Source: Clostridia bacterium | GTDB lineage: Bacteria > Bacillota > Clostridia > JAAYHZ01 | DNA length: 64,000 bases | Reading direction: 5' to 3' | Assembly: GCA_050950825.1 (NCBI GenBank) | Contig: JBMNIH010000002.1 | Span: forward strand, 448,001-512,000 | Shown here: positions 62,359-64,000 of the stretch, piece after piece | How the letters are laid out: each line of letters begins with the position of its first letter | How positions within the stretch are numbered: position 1 is the first letter of the stretch | Notes under the pieces: model-generated | The model's input: only the letters and a program-made list of their open reading frames with translations | The model's database searches: none | What the model was told of the DNA's origin: nothing | Program-made: the position numbers and the translations under genes

Positions 62359-64000
62359 TTATTCGATAATCGGCTGCAGTTTATCCTCCAAATATGATTT
62401 CATTTTATAATAGTCCGTAAGACTCTTTAAATCGGCCTTGATTTCATCGGCGGTAAAACCGGATTCGGGATCGGTAAGCATCCGGCTTATCGCTTCCCTC
62501 AGATACTCTCCTCGATCTTGAAAGCCTGCTTCTTTTAGTATCGAATAATACAGATCCAATTTTTCAAGAGAATGACGGGATTCCAAATACCGGTACAAAG
62601 GAGGCTGTACGGCTTTTTCCGTAAATTTGACATACTCCTCGGTTAAGTCGAAGGTTTTGTTGTCAATATATTTATCGGAGAAGTTGGCAATTAAGTTGCA
62701 AAACGAATACATCGGGAAGCTGTCCGGAAAAAACGAAAGCCTGCCGTTTACATCAAATTGATAGTTCGGAAACGTCCCCTTGTCCGTCCCGTATGTCAGA
62801 TATTCCGCCATAAGCTCATCGGTGAACAGCCAATTGACAAAAACCAACGCCTTCTCCGGCTGTGTGCTTGTATAGGGGACGGGAATCAGTAAAATGCCGT
62901 TAATCGTATCTACAAACACCTGATCGTTATCAAACAAAAACAGGGTATCTTGACGGATGGAATCGGCTTTTCCTTCCAAGCTGTACAAAAGGTTGTAATA
63001 CGTATTGGAGAATACCTCCGCCGTCAATCGAATATTCGCATTGAGCTTCTTTTGCATGTAGTTCAGTCTATGATCCTCCGTATCAATACCTGTTCCCGAT
63101 TCGGAAGTAAAATAGGATCTTTTGAAAAAGGGCTCGAATTTTTCAAAAAAAAGATTGAGAATCTCCGTATCTTCGATGAAGTACGGCTTGCAATCGGGGT
63201 CGTCCGCTTTAAAAACCACCTGCAAGCCGGAAAAAGATTTCAATACCGTTGTCAAAGGATAGTATCCGGCTTCAAACACCGCATATTCCAACAAAGTGTA
63301 CGGTTTAACATGGATACGATTATCCTCGTTCAATCCTCCGTCTTGATCCATTGCTTCCATAAAAGTATACAATTCGTCGAAGCTTCGTATACTTGAGGTA
63401 TTGTAACCGGACAAAAGCTCGGTTTTCACCTGCAGCACCAAAGCGGATACGTCCGGAGCTCCGGCATAGAGGGCATAAACCTTATCGTTTTTTGTAACCA
63501 TGTCCATTATAAAGTCGTACTTTTGCATGTTATGAAATACATCGGGACAATAAGTACGAAGATAAGGTGTCAGATCTTTGTAATAACCTTTTTCAATAAA
63601 TTCTTCGATCCAAAAATGAAAGGAATCGGTACCCCAAAAGGGGTTGATTTTACCGGGGAATATGAGGTCGGCTATTTCACCGGAATCCAAAAACACCCGG
63701 TAATCGTTATGGTCAAATTGACCGGCTTGTCTTTTTATGGAGAAAAATTCAACGGGAAAGCCGAACTTTTTCTCGCACTCCTCGCTGATCTGTTTTTGAA
63801 GATTGGACAATCGAATCTTTATATATACGGAATTATCATTGTAGGTTACATTGTATCCCAAATCGGAGTGAAGAAGGATCTTTAGAGGGATGTTGTCGAA
63901 AAACGTTTCTCCTTCATCGAAGAAGGACTTCGAGGTATCAAAGCTTTCTACCCGACGGTCCGCCTCGCAAGAAGCAAAAGCCGAAAGCAAAGTTACAACG
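62359..64000 (-). CDS. Probable extracellular solute-binding lipoprotein (starts beyond window)
   Basis: Lipobox FASC, SGE.ADL, DLTPYL...P, S.QPEKAL.F.NWL, L.YG motifs. Confidence 0.7.
   Translation of the reverse strand, partial: VVTLLSAFASCEADRRVESFDTSKSFFDEGETFFDNIPLKILLHSDLGYNVTYNDNSVYIKIRLSNLQKQISEECEKKFGFPVEFFSIKRQAGQFDHNDYRVFLDSGEIADLIFPGKINPFWGTDSFHFWIEEFIEKGYYKDLTPYLRTYCPDVFHNMQKYDFIMDMVTKNDKVYALYAGAPDVSALVLQVKTELLSGYNTSSIRSFDELYTFMEAMDQDGGLNEDNRIHVKPYTLLEYAVFEAGYYPLTTVLKSFSGLQVVFKADDPDCKPYFIEDTEILNLFFEKFEPFFKRSYFTSESGTGIDTEDHRLNYMQKKLNANIRLTAEVFSNTYYNLLYSLEGKADSIRQDTLFLFDNDQVFVDTINGILLIPVPYTSTQPEKALVFVNWLFTDELMAEYLTYGTDKGTFPNYQFDVNGRLSFFPDSFPMYSFCNLIANFSDKYIDNKTFDLTEEYVKFTEKAVQPPLYRYLESRHSLEKLDLYYSILKEAGFQDRGEYLREAISRMLTDPESGFTADEIKADLKSLTDYYKMKSYLEDKLQPIIE

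Overview
Low-to-mid GC Clostridia-like (monoderm Bacillota) chromosomal window. There are two housekeeping blocks: prfC 3' end, folC, secA, tcdA, RluA-family synthase, lspA, pgeF and ymdB; then rny, folD and ftsK. The normally adjacent rny and ymdB are separated by a ~23.5 kb accessory region. It holds two nested IS pairs (IS3 inside an IS30-family element; a second IS30-family element inside an IS1182), a DegT aminotransferase/solute-binding protein/AraC module, an IclR-linked ulosonic-acid (Kdo-like) cluster with kdsB, and an operon encoding a subtilisin-fold protein with Cys at the catalytic Ser position. Further right are an MBOAT/acyltransferase-deacetylase/ACP/FkbH operon (candidate glyceryl-transfer system), an IS1634 with a perfect 118-bp direct repeat, and a sulfotransferase/CysQ/sulfatase region. 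The most notable finds are (1) a covarying 5'UTR-3'UTR RNA duplex in both IS30-family elements that would open an RBS-blocking hairpin, (2) a natural subtiligase-like active site, and (3) the FkbH-fed Dlt-like system. No tRNA, rRNA or CRISPR array was seen. All calls come from motif reading only; no database searches were run.
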